Source: Turicibacter sp. UBA7094
GTDB taxonomy: Bacteria; Bacillota_I; Bacilli_A; MOL361; Turicibacteraceae
Assembly (NCBI GenBank): GCA_002493395.1
Contig: DKYS01000031.1
Location: forward strand, 1,920-57,971
Direction: 5' to 3'
DNA length: 56,052 nt
Part shown: positions 9,629 through 20,575 of the stretch, piece by piece
Position numbering within the stretch: the stretch's first letter is position 1
How the letters are laid out: each line of letters starts with the position of its first letter
Made by a program: the position numbers and the translations under genes
The notes under the pieces: generated by a model
What the model was told of the DNA's origin: nothing
Databases searched by the model: none
The model's input: the letters and a program-made list of their open reading frames with translations, nothing else

Positions 9629-12600
9629 ATGGCATTTACACATTTACAAGTGCGATCAGCCTATTCATTGTTAAATAGCTCTATTACGATTAGAGATTAT
9701 GTCGCATTAGCGAAGGAGCGTCAGATGAAGGCACTCGCTTTAGTAGAGGATGGAACGATGCATAGTGCGATTAAATTTTATCAAGCATGCAAAGTTTGTG
9801 AAATTAAACCGTTAATTGGATTGACCTTAAAGGTGAAGTTGGCGGGCGGATATGAGGAATGGACGTTAATGGCGAAAAATAGTTTAGGATACGAATCTCT
9901 TCTTGCGCTCGCTTCCTTATCCGCCTTACATGGGGACGGAGTTGAATTTGAAGAAATAAGAACGCGGTCATCACATTTGATTGTTATAACGAATGGAGAG
10001 TCTGGGATGCTTGCTTCAATGGTGATGGGGGATAATGAAGAAGATTTAAATCGGTATTATCATCAGTATCTAGAGCCATTAGCTCATCTATATATTGGAT
10101 TACTGCGTGTGAATCAACAGACGTATGAAGTGTCAGGTCGTCTTATCTCTTTTTCCCGAAGAATGAATTTAAAAACGGTGGCCTTAAATGATGTGCGCTA
10201 TTTAAATCAAGAGGATGCAAAGACGTTGACCTTATTAAGGGCGATAAAGGCGAATCAATCGGTAGAACAAATTCAAATCAATGATGTGGAGCGGTATTTT
10301 AAAACGGAGGAGCAAATGCGTCAGTTGTTTGCTGATCATCTAGAGGCAATTGATCAAACCACCGAGATTGTTAATAGCTGTGAGATTGAAATTTTATTGC
10401 ATCAATCGCTACTACCTAAGTTTAAAACCCCGGAAGGAACGACCTCTTCTACGTATTTAGAGGCGCTTTGTTATAAAGGGCTTTTGAAGCGTTATGGAAA
10501 TGACGTTTCAGATGTTCATAAACGGCGATTAAGTCATGAGTTGTCTGTGATTCGAAAGATGGGGTTTTGTGATTACTTTTTAATTGTTTGGGATTTTGTC
10601 CGTTTTGCAAAGATGAATCAAATTTTAGTCGGGCCTGGTAGGGGGTCGGCCGCAGGCTCTATCGTTTCATATGTTTTAGGGATTACCAATGTAGATCCGC
10701 TTAAATATAAGTTACTATTTGAGCGTTTCTTAAACCCGGAACGAATTACAATGCCGGATATTGATATTGATTTTCAAGATAATCGCCGGGATGAAGTCAT
10801 TCAATACGTACAAGAGAAGTATGGAATAAACTGTGTCGTTCAAATTGTGACTTTTGGAACCTTCCAGTCACGGTCCGCTTGGAGAGATTTAGCACGTGTT
10901 CATGAAGTGCAAACGGAATTGATTAACAAGGTAGCGACTTATATTTCGACGGGGACAACCTTGAGAGAGATTTATGAGCAAAATCAATCACTGAGAAATT
11001 TTTTCTTAAATTACCCGAAGTTAGAAATGATTTATAAGGAAGCAATGAAGATTGAAGGATTACCCCGTCATACGTCGATTCATGCAGCGGGGATTATTAT
11101 TAATGACCGTGATTTAACGGCGTATACCGCCATTATGGAGGGGCCATCGGGAATTTATATTTCGCAGTATGAGGCTGAGGACTTAGAGGCGATTGGGTTA
11201 CTTAAGATGGATTTTCTAGGGTTGAAAAATTTAACTATGCTTCAACAAATGATGACCTTGATTAAGACGAGAGGAGATTCTACTTTTGATTTGTCAGCGC
11301 TTGATTTTCATGATTTAAAAACTTATGAGATGATCTCACTTGGACAGACAACCGGAATCTTTCAATTAGAGTCAGATGGAATGCGACAGGTGCTTAAACA
11401 GGTACGCCCTAATTGTTTAGAAGATATCGTGGCGTGTAATGCGTTGTTTAGACCTGGACCAATGGAGAATATCCCGCTTTTTGCGGCACGAAAGCATGGA
11501 GAGACCCCTGTCGAATATTTAGATCCTGTGTTGGAAGGCATTTTACGAGATACGTACGGCATTATTATTTATCAAGAACAAATTATGCAAATTGCTCATG
11601 TGGTTTCTGGATATACATTAGGGGAAGCGGATGTTTTACGTCGGGCTGTCTCTAAAAAGAATAAAGAGATCCTTGAGAAAGAAGAGCAGCAATTTGTTTT
11701 TAGAGCGGTTCAACGGGGACACTCGCAAGAGATGGCTCGGCAACTTTATTCACTTATTTTAAAATTTGCTAATTATGGATTTAATCGGAGCCACGCGGTC
11801 GCCTATAGTATGATTGCCTATCAGATGGCCTATTTAAAGGCCCACTATCCGGCTTACTTCATGAGTGTTGCTTTAACCAATGTCGTTGGAAGTGAACACC
11901 ATACGGCACTGTATATTAAAGAGGTTAAGCAATTAAATGTGCCACTCTTACCTCCCTCGGTTAATCAGAGTGGAGTAGCCTATCAGATTGAAGGAGATGG
12001 GATTAGATTTAGTTTACTTCCAATTAAACATATTGGTCTTAATTTAGTGAAACAGCTTGTCGCCGTGCGTGAGGAGGGGCCGTTTAAATCGGTTTATGAC
12101 TTTATTGTAAGAACGCGTACATTTATGAATCAACGAGCTTATGAAAGTTTAATAGATGCTGGAGCTCTAGATGATTTTGGCTATAATCGAGCAACGCTTC
12201 ATCATAATTTGTCGGCAATTCTTGATTTTTCTAAATATGACGGTGGGCTTTTTGAACCCGATTTTCAAATGCAAGTGGTGTCGAAGGAATTTGCTAATAT
12301 AGATATGATGCGGCGTGAAAAAGAATTATTTGGGTTTTATTTGAATTCGCACCCGATTCGTTTATTACAACAGACTGCCCAGGAAAGGGGGTGGTATTAT
12401 CCAAGTGATATGGCTCAATTAAATGTCCATCAGGCGACATTTGTTGGCTTTGTTGAAAAATTTCGAGAGATTAGGGATCGAAACGGGAAGTTAATGGCCT
12501 TTATGGAGATAACCGATGAAAATACCTCATTAACGGTGACAATTTTTTCGGATGTTTACGTGAGTGAATATAAGAGACTTTTAGGAAAAGTTATCGCTGT

Positions 12601-12670
12601 ACAGGGACGAATTAGTGAACGAAATAATGAAAAAAATCTTAACTTTATTAAAATAATAACGATTTCATAA
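9629..12670 (+). CDS. dnaE: DNA polymerase III alpha subunit DnaE
   Basis: PHP domain HLQVRSAYSLL, GPGRGSAAGS, MPDIDID, YGFNRSH. Confidence 0.96.
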   Translation: MAFTHLQVRSAYSLLNSSITIRDYVALAKERQMKALALVEDGTMHSAIKFYQACKVCEIKPLIGLTLKVKLAGGYEEWTLMAKNSLGYESLLALASLSALHGDGVEFEEIRTRSSHLIVITNGESGMLASMVMGDNEEDLNRYYHQYLEPLAHLYIGLLRVNQQTYEVSGRLISFSRRMNLKTVALNDVRYLNQEDAKTLTLLRAIKANQSVEQIQINDVERYFKTEEQMRQLFADHLEAIDQTTEIVNSCEIEILLHQSLLPKFKTPEGTTSSTYLEALCYKGLLKRYGNDVSDVHKRRLSHELSVIRKMGFCDYFLIVWDFVRFAKMNQILVGPGRGSAAGSIVSYVLGITNVDPLKYKLLFERFLNPERITMPDIDIDFQDNRRDEVIQYVQEKYGINCVVQIVTFGTFQSRSAWRDLARVHEVQTELINKVATYISTGTTLREIYEQNQSLRNFFLNYPKLEMIYKEAMKIEGLPRHTSIHAAGIIINDRDLTAYTAIMEGPSGIYISQYEAEDLEAIGLLKMDFLGLKNLTMLQQMMTLIKTRGDSTFDLSALDFHDLKTYEMISLGQTTGIFQLESDGMRQVLKQVRPNCLEDIVACNALFRPGPMENIPLFAARKHGETPVEYLDPVLEGILRDTYGIIIYQEQIMQIAHVVSGYTLGEADVLRRAVSKKNKEILEKEEQQFVFRAVQRGHSQEMARQLYSLILKFANYGFNRSHAVAYSMIAYQMAYLKAHYPAYFMSVALTNVVGSEHHTALYIKEVKQLNVPLLPPSVNQSGVAYQIEGDGIRFSLLPIKHIGLNLVKQLVAVREEGPFKSVYDFIVRTRTFMNQRAYESLIDAGALDDFGYNRATLHHNLSAILDFSKYDGGLFEPDFQMQVVSKEFANIDMMRREKELFGFYLNSHPIRLLQQTAQERGWYYPSDMAQLNVHQATFVGFVEKFREIRDRNGKLMAFMEITDENTSLTVTIFSDVYVSEYKRLLGKVIAVQGRISERNNEKNLNFIKIITIS

Positions 12671-12776
12671 TTAAAAGAGATGGGAAAAAGATTTATAATT
12701 TGTGAAATAACTGGTATAATATTTGAGGAATAATCTTCATTGAATGGATGATGAACAAAATTCTAGTGTGAGGTGA

Positions 12777-13742
<966 letters not shown>

Positions 13743-13806
13743 TAAAATGAAATAATAATTGCTGTAATATTATTAAATTTATTTCTACGAAGGAGCGTAC
13801 TAGGAT

Positions 13807-15240
13807 ATGAAACATACTTTCAAAAATACAAAAATGATTTGTACTATTGGTCCTAAATCAGAATCAAAAGAAATGTTATCAAAATTAGTAGATGCAGGAA
13901 TGAACTGTGTTCGTTGTAACTTCTCTCATGGTGATCATCCAGAGCAAAAAGCTCGCATGGATTTAATCCGTGAAATCAATAAAGAAAAAGGAACTCATGT
14001 AGCTGTATTATTAGATACTAAAGGACCTGAAATCCGTACTCATTTATTTGAAAACGGTGGAGTAGATTTAGTAGCTGGACAAACTGTACGTGTTGCAATG
14101 AACGAAGTATTAGGAACAGCTGAAAAATTCTCTATTACATACCCAGGATTAATCCATGACGTTGAAGTTGGTGGAACAATCTTAGTTGATGATGGATATG
14201 TAACATTAACTGTTGATGAAATCGATACAGCTAATCAAGAAATCGTATGTACAGTTAAAAACCCAGCATACATTAAAGACCGTCGCGGAATCAACGTTCC
14301 AGGTGCTAAATTAAATATGCCATTCATTTCTGAAAAAGATCATGCTGACCTTGTTTTTGGATGTGAAATGGAAGTTGATTATGTAGCTGCTTCATTCGTT
14401 CGTCGTGCTGAAGATGTATTAGCTATTCGTGAAATCTTTAAACAACACGGAAACACTCATACTCAAATCCTTGCTAAAATCGAAAACCAAGAAGGTGTTG
14501 ACAACATGGATTCAATCCTTGAAGTTGTTGATGGAATCATGGTTGCTCGTGGAGATTTAGGGGTAGAAGTACCAGCTGAAGACGTTCCATTAATCCAAAA
14601 AGAAATCATTGCTAAATGTAATGCTGCAGGAAAAATCGTTGTTACTGCAACTCAAATGTTAGAGTCTATGCAAAAAAATCCACGTCCTACACGTGCCGAA
14701 GTATCAGACGTTGCTAATGCAATCTTTGACGGATCAGATGCAATCATGTTATCAGGAGAATCTGCTGCAGGACAATATCCTTTAGAAGCTGTTGAAACAA
14801 TGGCTCGTATCGCTCGTCGTACTGAACAAGCTTTAGATCACCAAGAAATTATTGCTCGTGCAATTGCTTCATCTACACGTAATGTACCTTCAGCTATGGG
14901 ATTAGCTGTTGCAGATACAGTAGAAGATTTAGGAGCTCAAGCTGTTATCGCTTGCACACAATCAGGAGCTACTGCTCGTGCTATTTCTAAATATCGTCCA
15001 TCTGCACCTGTTATCGCTGCAACTTCATGCGAAAAAACTGCTACATCTTTAGCATTATACTGGGGAGTTCAACCAGTTGTTGTTGCTGAAACATCAAATA
15101 CAGATGAATTATTAGAAACAGCAGCTAAAGTTGCTGAAGACTTTGCTGGATTAGAATCAGGTGACATCGCAGTTGTAACTGCTGGATTACCTGCAGGTGA
15201 AGGAAATACTAACTTAATGAAAATTCATGAAGTTAAATAA
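13807..15240 (+). CDS. pyk: Pyruvate kinase
   Basis: CTIGP, DTKGPEIR, MVARGDLGVE, ATQMLESM, PTRAE. Confidence 0.97.
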   Translation: MKHTFKNTKMICTIGPKSESKEMLSKLVDAGMNCVRCNFSHGDHPEQKARMDLIREINKEKGTHVAVLLDTKGPEIRTHLFENGGVDLVAGQTVRVAMNEVLGTAEKFSITYPGLIHDVEVGGTILVDDGYVTLTVDEIDTANQEIVCTVKNPAYIKDRRGINVPGAKLNMPFISEKDHADLVFGCEMEVDYVAASFVRRAEDVLAIREIFKQHGNTHTQILAKIENQEGVDNMDSILEVVDGIMVARGDLGVEVPAEDVPLIQKEIIAKCNAAGKIVVTATQMLESMQKNPRPTRAEVSDVANAIFDGSDAIMLSGESAAGQYPLEAVETMARIARRTEQALDHQEIIARAIASSTRNVPSAMGLAVADTVEDLGAQAVIACTQSGATARAISKYRPSAPVIAATSCEKTATSLALYWGVQPVVVAETSNTDELLETAAKVAEDFAGLESGDIAVVTAGLPAGEGNTNLMKIHEVK

Positions 15241-15260
15241 TTTTATTGACGTTATAAAGT

Positions 15261-15289
15261 AAAAAAGGAGGCTTTTCCCTCCTTTTTTA
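15261..15289 (+). terminator. Intrinsic terminator after pyk
   Basis: AAAAAAGGAGG/CCTCCTTTTTT. Confidence 0.75.
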
Positions 15290-15346
15290 TTTTACATTTT
15301 ATTGAATGAAAAAGAACGACTAACATAGTCGTTCTTTTTATTTTGA

Positions 15347-15811
15347 TTAGCACATTGGTGTTTTTGGACCGCAGGGGTTTTGTTCTTGCATAGCAAGAGA
15401 ACACCAGTCTTCGTTACGAAGTCCGTGGTCATATTGATGAGCTTCTGTTGCTTCTTGTTTACAGATGACATAATCATGATGATTATGATGATGGTGAACA
15501 TTACGAACAACCACTGGAACAATATGTTCTACTCGGTGATGATGATGAACTTCTGGTGTGCAACAAACGGTTGGTTCAACAACGCGACAGCAGCTTTCAA
15601 ATTGCACAGGTCCACACATAGGGGCTGGCATTGGAGCTGGCATCATTGGGCAAAATGGTTGAACAGGTTGTACGGTTTGTTGTGTCGTAACAGGTGTTTC
15701 ACAAGTTTCTTTTGTAGGAACTGCCTCCACTTTTACTGGTACTGGTTGTGGCATGACTGGCATTCCACACATAGGGGCTTTATAGCCACAGCATCTATTA
15801 TATCCATTCAT
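15347..15811 (-). CDS. Cys/His/Pro-rich spore coat protein, CotD-like
   Basis: VVEPTVCC...HHHHRVEHIVPVVVRNVHHHHNHH resembles the CotD core; GGAAAGGA RBS. Confidence 0.65.
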   Translation of the reverse strand: MNGYNRCCGYKAPMCGMPVMPQPVPVKVEAVPTKETCETPVTTQQTVQPVQPFCPMMPAPMPAPMCGPVQFESCCRVVEPTVCCTPEVHHHHRVEHIVPVVVRNVHHHHNHHDYVICKQEATEAHQYDHGLRNEDWCSLAMQEQNPCGPKTPMC

Positions 15812-15950
15812 TAAAAAAACATCCTTTCCATCATGTAATTTAATTACAATATAGTATATTTCTATTGATAAAAAATGCGATGGCAGACGCCCAATTTTTA
15901 ATAGATTTTATGCGATAATAGTGAAAATAAAAAAATCTCCTAAGGAGATT

Positions 15951-16991
15951 TTAATGTGAATCAATAATCGTAAAGGTATCATCTGTTAATTCGAAGGATT
16001 GCATGAATCCAGAACTTGGATAAATTTGGTTATCGTTAGTAATATAAAGGGCTTCTACTTGATCTAAAGATTCTATTAAAGCTAAACCGGATTCGATTCC
16101 AAGAGCGAAAGCAGCGGTTGATAGGGCGTCAGCTACCATAGAGTTATCGGCAATAATGGTGACAGAGACAATGTTATTAGAGACAGGATACCCTGTTTTA
16201 GGATCTAAAATATGGTGATAAGTAACCCCATCTTGTTCAAAGAAGCGCTCATACGTCCCAGATGTTACGATAGCTTTATTTTTAACACTAGCAATTCCAA
16301 GGTATTCTCCTCGAGGTAAGAATGGATTTTGAATTCCTATTTTCCACGGTTGATCTTGTGGTTTATCACCGTAAGCATAGACATTTCCTCCTAAATTAAT
16401 GATGGCGTGCTGATTTCCGTGTTCCTTTAAAATTTTTATCGCTGTATCAGCAGCATATCCTTTAGCAATTCCGCCAAGGTCAATCATCATTCCAGGTTTC
16501 GTTAATTTTACAGTTAGTTGCTCCTCATTTAATTCGACGTCTTCATAATTAATGAGTTCTAAAGCTTTTGAAATTTCCTCATGGCTAGGAACACGAGCAT
16601 CTGTAAACCCGATTTCCCAAAGCTTGACTAGGGGACCAACTGTAATGTCGAAGGCTCCATTGGCAAGTTTTGAATAGTTTAACCCTGTATTAATAACATC
16701 AAAGGTATTTTTTGAAATTTTAACCCCTTCTATCCCTGCATGATTATTAATTTCGATGACCTCACTTGTTATCGCATTGTTAATGGTCATTTCTTTTTCA
16801 ATTTTTTCAAGTTCATTAAATATTTCATCGAAAATTTCTTCTTCTGGATTGTCGTATAATGTAATTGTGACGACTGTTCCAAGTAAAAATTTGTTCTGTG
16901 TAACAGGATCAAATGAGATTTCTTTCTTTTGATTAGCACATCCAGTTAAGATAAGAAGTAATGCAATTAGATAATATTTTATTGATTTCAT
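15951..16991 (-). CDS. apbE: FAD:protein FMN transferase lipoprotein (ApbE/FmnB)
   Basis: Lipobox LTGC; FDITVGPLV, DLGGIAKGY, TSGTYERF, HHILDPKTGYP, ADALST. Confidence 0.93.
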   Translation of the reverse strand: MKSIKYYLIALLLILTGCANQKKEISFDPVTQNKFLLGTVVTITLYDNPEEEIFDEIFNELEKIEKEMTINNAITSEVIEINNHAGIEGVKISKNTFDVINTGLNYSKLANGAFDITVGPLVKLWEIGFTDARVPSHEEISKALELINYEDVELNEEQLTVKLTKPGMMIDLGGIAKGYAADTAIKILKEHGNQHAIINLGGNVYAYGDKPQDQPWKIGIQNPFLPRGEYLGIASVKNKAIVTSGTYERFFEQDGVTYHHILDPKTGYPVSNNIVSVTIIADNSMVADALSTAAFALGIESGLALIESLDQVEALYITNDNQIYPSSGFMQSFELTDDTFTIIDSH

Positions 16992-17208
16992 GAATTTTCC
17001 TCTCTCTAATAATTTAACAGATGGATCATCTGAATGGTTAAGAATCCCTGTTGCTTTAAAATTTGATTTTTTAAAAAGAATCTATGTATAGAATAGCATA
17101 TTCTAGAGAGAAGTGGTGATAAGTTTTTAATCTCCTGATAAAAATTGATGGAAATCACGTGAGAAGAAAATTTTTCCATAGAATAGCCTCACACCTTATC
17201 GAAAAAAT

Positions 17209-17248
17209 AAAAAGATAAGATTCCTAACTTAGGAATCCTATCTTTTTT
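17209..17248 (-). terminator. Terminator downstream of the pplA-like gene
   Basis: AAAAGATAAGATTCCTAA/TTAGGAATCCTATCTTTT inverted repeat. Confidence 0.75.
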
Positions 17249-18099
17249 TAGTCAAGAAGGGGCCCGCTAGCTAATGCCTTTGTTGCCAATTCAATAAATT
17301 GATAAACTTCGATGGTGACACCTGAAACATCAGATGTTTTGTTTTCTTCATTGAAGGTTATTTGGGTAGGATCTTGGTATTTGATTAAGTGTTGCTCTAA
17401 GAGGTTAGCTTGCTCATTCCATTGAGTGATGTAAGATTGTTCCTCTTCAGTTAATTTTAAATCACTAGGCAGAGTAGTATCCCAATGTGCGGCAATAATA
17501 TAACCGCGATGGACTAAAAGGTTAATCGTATGTTTGATTTGATGATTTTCATCTTCTAAGGATGCAAAATATTGGCCATCTTGATAGGCACCAGTTTCTA
17601 GCGGTCCTGCCGTTAATGCCTGTTGTAATAATTCGACTAGGGGAAAAGCATCCAGTGTCACACCCTCAATGGATGGCATATTCTCTTTTGTTAGTTCTAG
17701 AATAGAATCTTGATTTTTCACGAGGTAATTCTCTAGGAGTTGAAGTTGTGTTTCCCAATCGTTATCTGGGTTACTTTCAGTGACTTCTGACTTCTCCTCT
17801 AGGTTTGGCTTGTTGCGTTTATATTCAGTCGCTACTTCATTTACCGCATTAAACGTAATGGTCTTTATATTTCCGTTTACTACTTCTACATCTACAATGT
17901 CTCTCCAGTTAGAGGTATATTGACCTGCTTCGGCAAAATATTGACCGTCCTCTAAATGTTCTTCAGTTTCAGTTATAAGTGATGTTTTTTCCAAGGATTC
18001 TCCTTCTTTTGTCGTCTCGGGTGAAACATCATTTGCATTACAAGCACTGAGTAAGCAAAGGATTGAGATAACGGCAATGGATTTTTTTTTATATTTCAT
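17248..18099 (-). CDS. FMN-binding lipoprotein, PplA-like (two FMN_bind-type repeats)
   Basis: Lipobox LSAC; duplicated domain (LEDGQYFA/YQDGQYFA ... W.EQ...LE..L ... IEGVT/VSGVT ... AL.AGPL/AL.SGPL); adjacent to apbE. Confidence 0.75.
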   Translation of the reverse strand: MKYKKKSIAVISILCLLSACNANDVSPETTKEGESLEKTSLITETEEHLEDGQYFAEAGQYTSNWRDIVDVEVVNGNIKTITFNAVNEVATEYKRNKPNLEEKSEVTESNPDNDWETQLQLLENYLVKNQDSILELTKENMPSIEGVTLDAFPLVELLQQALTAGPLETGAYQDGQYFASLEDENHQIKHTINLLVHRGYIIAAHWDTTLPSDLKLTEEEQSYITQWNEQANLLEQHLIKYQDPTQITFNEENKTSDVSGVTIEVYQFIELATKALASGPLLD

Positions 18100-18274
18100 A
18101 ATGCCCCTCCTAAACTTCAGATTAATAGTACTTTGTGATATTTTAACATACCTTCTAGCGTCTTTACCATGAGTAAATATTTCTTTTATTGTCGAATGAA
18201 GAACACTTAGTGGTAGCGTTTTATTAGTTGATGGGAAAAGGGATGAGTAGGAGAGAGATGTGTCCGAAAAAGGA

Positions 18275-18302
18275 TTGAATATGTGAAAATATGTGATAAA
18301 AT
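18275..18302 (+). promoter_or_regulatory. SigA-type promoter for ndh2
   Basis: TTGAAT-16 nt-TAAAAT with extended TG. Confidence 0.5.
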
Positions 18303-18464
18303 ATTAATGAACTAAATGAAATTTTAGTATATTTAATTAACGTTCCGTATCAATTGAAGCGTTTATGGTGAGGTATGGCGATTCAGATTGATGGTTAAGC
18401 GGAAGGTTACTTTTTTTTATGTCTTAAGAGGAAGAAGAAGTATGGTTATTTGAGGAGGAGTTTC

Positions 18465-20450
18465 ATGAAAAGAATAGTAGTTCTTGGTGGAGGATATGCA
18501 GGTGTTTTAACGGCAAAGAAATTAGCAAAAAAATTTAAGAAAGATAAGGATGTTCAAATTACGTTAATCGACAAACAATCTTATCATACGATGTTAACTG
18601 AGTTACATGAAGTTGCTGCGGGGCGCGTGGATGAAGAGTCGATTCGCATGGATTTAAAACGTATTTTTGCAGGAAGAAAAGTTGATGTGGTATTAGATGA
18701 AATTAAGACGATTGATTTTGAAAGAAAAGTTTTGGTTTCTGAGCATCAATCTTATGAATATGATTACTTAGTTATTGGAACGGGATGTAAACCAACATTT
18801 TTTGGAATCCCAGGTGCTGAGTATGCCCATCAATTATGGTCATATACTGATGCGGTTAATTTAAAAGAGCATATTTTAAATATGTTCCGTCAAGCGGCAC
18901 TAACGTCAGATAAGCAAAAACGCCGTGAATTACTTACTTTTGTAACAGTAGGAGCTGGATTTACGGGTGTTGAAATGGCTGGAGAATTAGGGGAATGGAA
19001 AGATGAATTATGTCGTTCATTCCATATTGATTCAGATGAAGTTAGTCTGTATATTGTTGATTTTGCACCTAAGGTATTACCGATGTATCCAGATAAATTA
19101 ATTAAAAAGGCAGAGCGCCGTTTAATTAAATTAGGAAATGAATTGGTAATGAATTCAGCGGTTAGTGAGATTTTTGAAGATAAAGTTATTTTAAATAAAG
19201 GTGAGAAGGTTATTCATACGCAAACGGTCATTTGGGCAGCGGGGATTGAAGGTTCTGATCTCGTGAATCAAGCACCTGTTGAGAAAGCTGGGCGTGGACG
19301 TATCGTAACAAACGCTCAATTACAAGCTAAAGATTATGAGAATGTATATGTTGTAGGGGATAATATTTTCTATATTCCAGAAGGGGAAGAGCGTCCTGTT
19401 CCTCAGATGGTTGAAAATGCTGAGCATTCAGCACCCGTCGTTGCACATAATATTGCAGTAGATATTAAAGGTGGAGCACATAAGTCATATAAACCAACAT
19501 TCCATGGTTCAATGGTTTGTATTGGGTCACGTTATGGAGTCGCGCAAGTTGGGATGCCAGGAATGTGGTTTAATCTATCAGGTTTCTTTGCAATGGCGTC
19601 TAAGCATTTAATTAACCTTGTTTATTTTATTCAAGTGCTAGGATTTAATAAGATTTGGTCGTATTTAATGCATGAATTTTTCCATACAAAAAATAATCGC
19701 TCAATGGTTGGAGGATTATTATCGAATTCAGCACCTGTCTTTTGGAAATTTCCACTTCGTGTCTTTGTTGGTTTTATGTGGTTACAACAAGGGTTAACAA
19801 AATTACCGAAGATTGTTCATGATTTTAACAATGTCTTTTTATTACCAGCTCCTCCAAAAGCAGACTCAATTGGGGCGGCATCAGAGGCTATTAGTCAGGT
19901 TGTTCCGGAAGTTGTGGAAACAGTAGCAGCTGCGTCTGGCGCAGTGGTAGAAAGTGTTTCATCTGCATCAGAGGCTGTGACACACACGATTAATGATGTT
20001 GTCAATACGAGCGGAGATATTTTTACGACGTTGGCAAATATGATTCATGATTTTATGAATTGGATTAGTGTATTGCCTGTTCCAGGTTTTGTGGAAAATA
20101 TGGTGAATTGGTCGATGAATACCTTTTTCTATACCCCAGATGGAACACACTTTACTCAGTTAGCAAGCCTTGTTCAAGGGGGAATGATTTGCGGTGAAAT
20201 TATTTTTGGTGGAATGTTAATCCTCGGTTTATTTACGCCAGTTGCTGCTATTGCAACGATTGCAATGGGATGTATGATTTGGGCTTCTGGAATGGCGCCA
20301 ACTGAGATGTTATGGTACCTTGTAGGCGGATTTGCTTTAATTGGAAATTCGGGAATGGTTTTAGGGCTTGATTATTATGTTTGGCCATGGGTTCGTCAAA
20401 TGTTACCGAAGATTCCATTATTAAAAAAATGGTATTTATACGTTGATTAA
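18465..20450 (+). CDS. ndh2: Type II NADH dehydrogenase with C-terminal membrane (DoxX-like) domain; EET Ndh2 homolog
   Basis: VVLGGGYAG, GAGFTGVEMAGE, IWAAG, YVVGD, then extra ~220 aa with LRVFVGFMWLQQG and a GLDYY TM region. Confidence 0.82.
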   Translation: MKRIVVLGGGYAGVLTAKKLAKKFKKDKDVQITLIDKQSYHTMLTELHEVAAGRVDEESIRMDLKRIFAGRKVDVVLDEIKTIDFERKVLVSEHQSYEYDYLVIGTGCKPTFFGIPGAEYAHQLWSYTDAVNLKEHILNMFRQAALTSDKQKRRELLTFVTVGAGFTGVEMAGELGEWKDELCRSFHIDSDEVSLYIVDFAPKVLPMYPDKLIKKAERRLIKLGNELVMNSAVSEIFEDKVILNKGEKVIHTQTVIWAAGIEGSDLVNQAPVEKAGRGRIVTNAQLQAKDYENVYVVGDNIFYIPEGEERPVPQMVENAEHSAPVVAHNIAVDIKGGAHKSYKPTFHGSMVCIGSRYGVAQVGMPGMWFNLSGFFAMASKHLINLVYFIQVLGFNKIWSYLMHEFFHTKNNRSMVGGLLSNSAPVFWKFPLRVFVGFMWLQQGLTKLPKIVHDFNNVFLLPAPPKADSIGAASEAISQVVPEVVETVAAASGAVVESVSSASEAVTHTINDVVNTSGDIFTTLANMIHDFMNWISVLPVPGFVENMVNWSMNTFFYTPDGTHFTQLASLVQGGMICGEIIFGGMLILGLFTPVAAIATIAMGCMIWASGMAPTEMLWYLVGGFALIGNSGMVLGLDYYVWPWVRQMLPKIPLLKKWYLYVD

Positions 20451-20575
20451 TTTGAAATAGATAAGGTTAGGAAAACATAGTTAATGCGAGGGATTGACTA
20501 TGTTTTTCTATTACTAATTGGTCGATTTAGATGATTTTACATGGGGTAGTATTTCAATAATGTAGGTGATAACAG

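Noticed and set aside
15380-15814. 144-aa plus-strand ORF
   Set aside because: Antisense shadow of the CotD-like gene, which has the RBS
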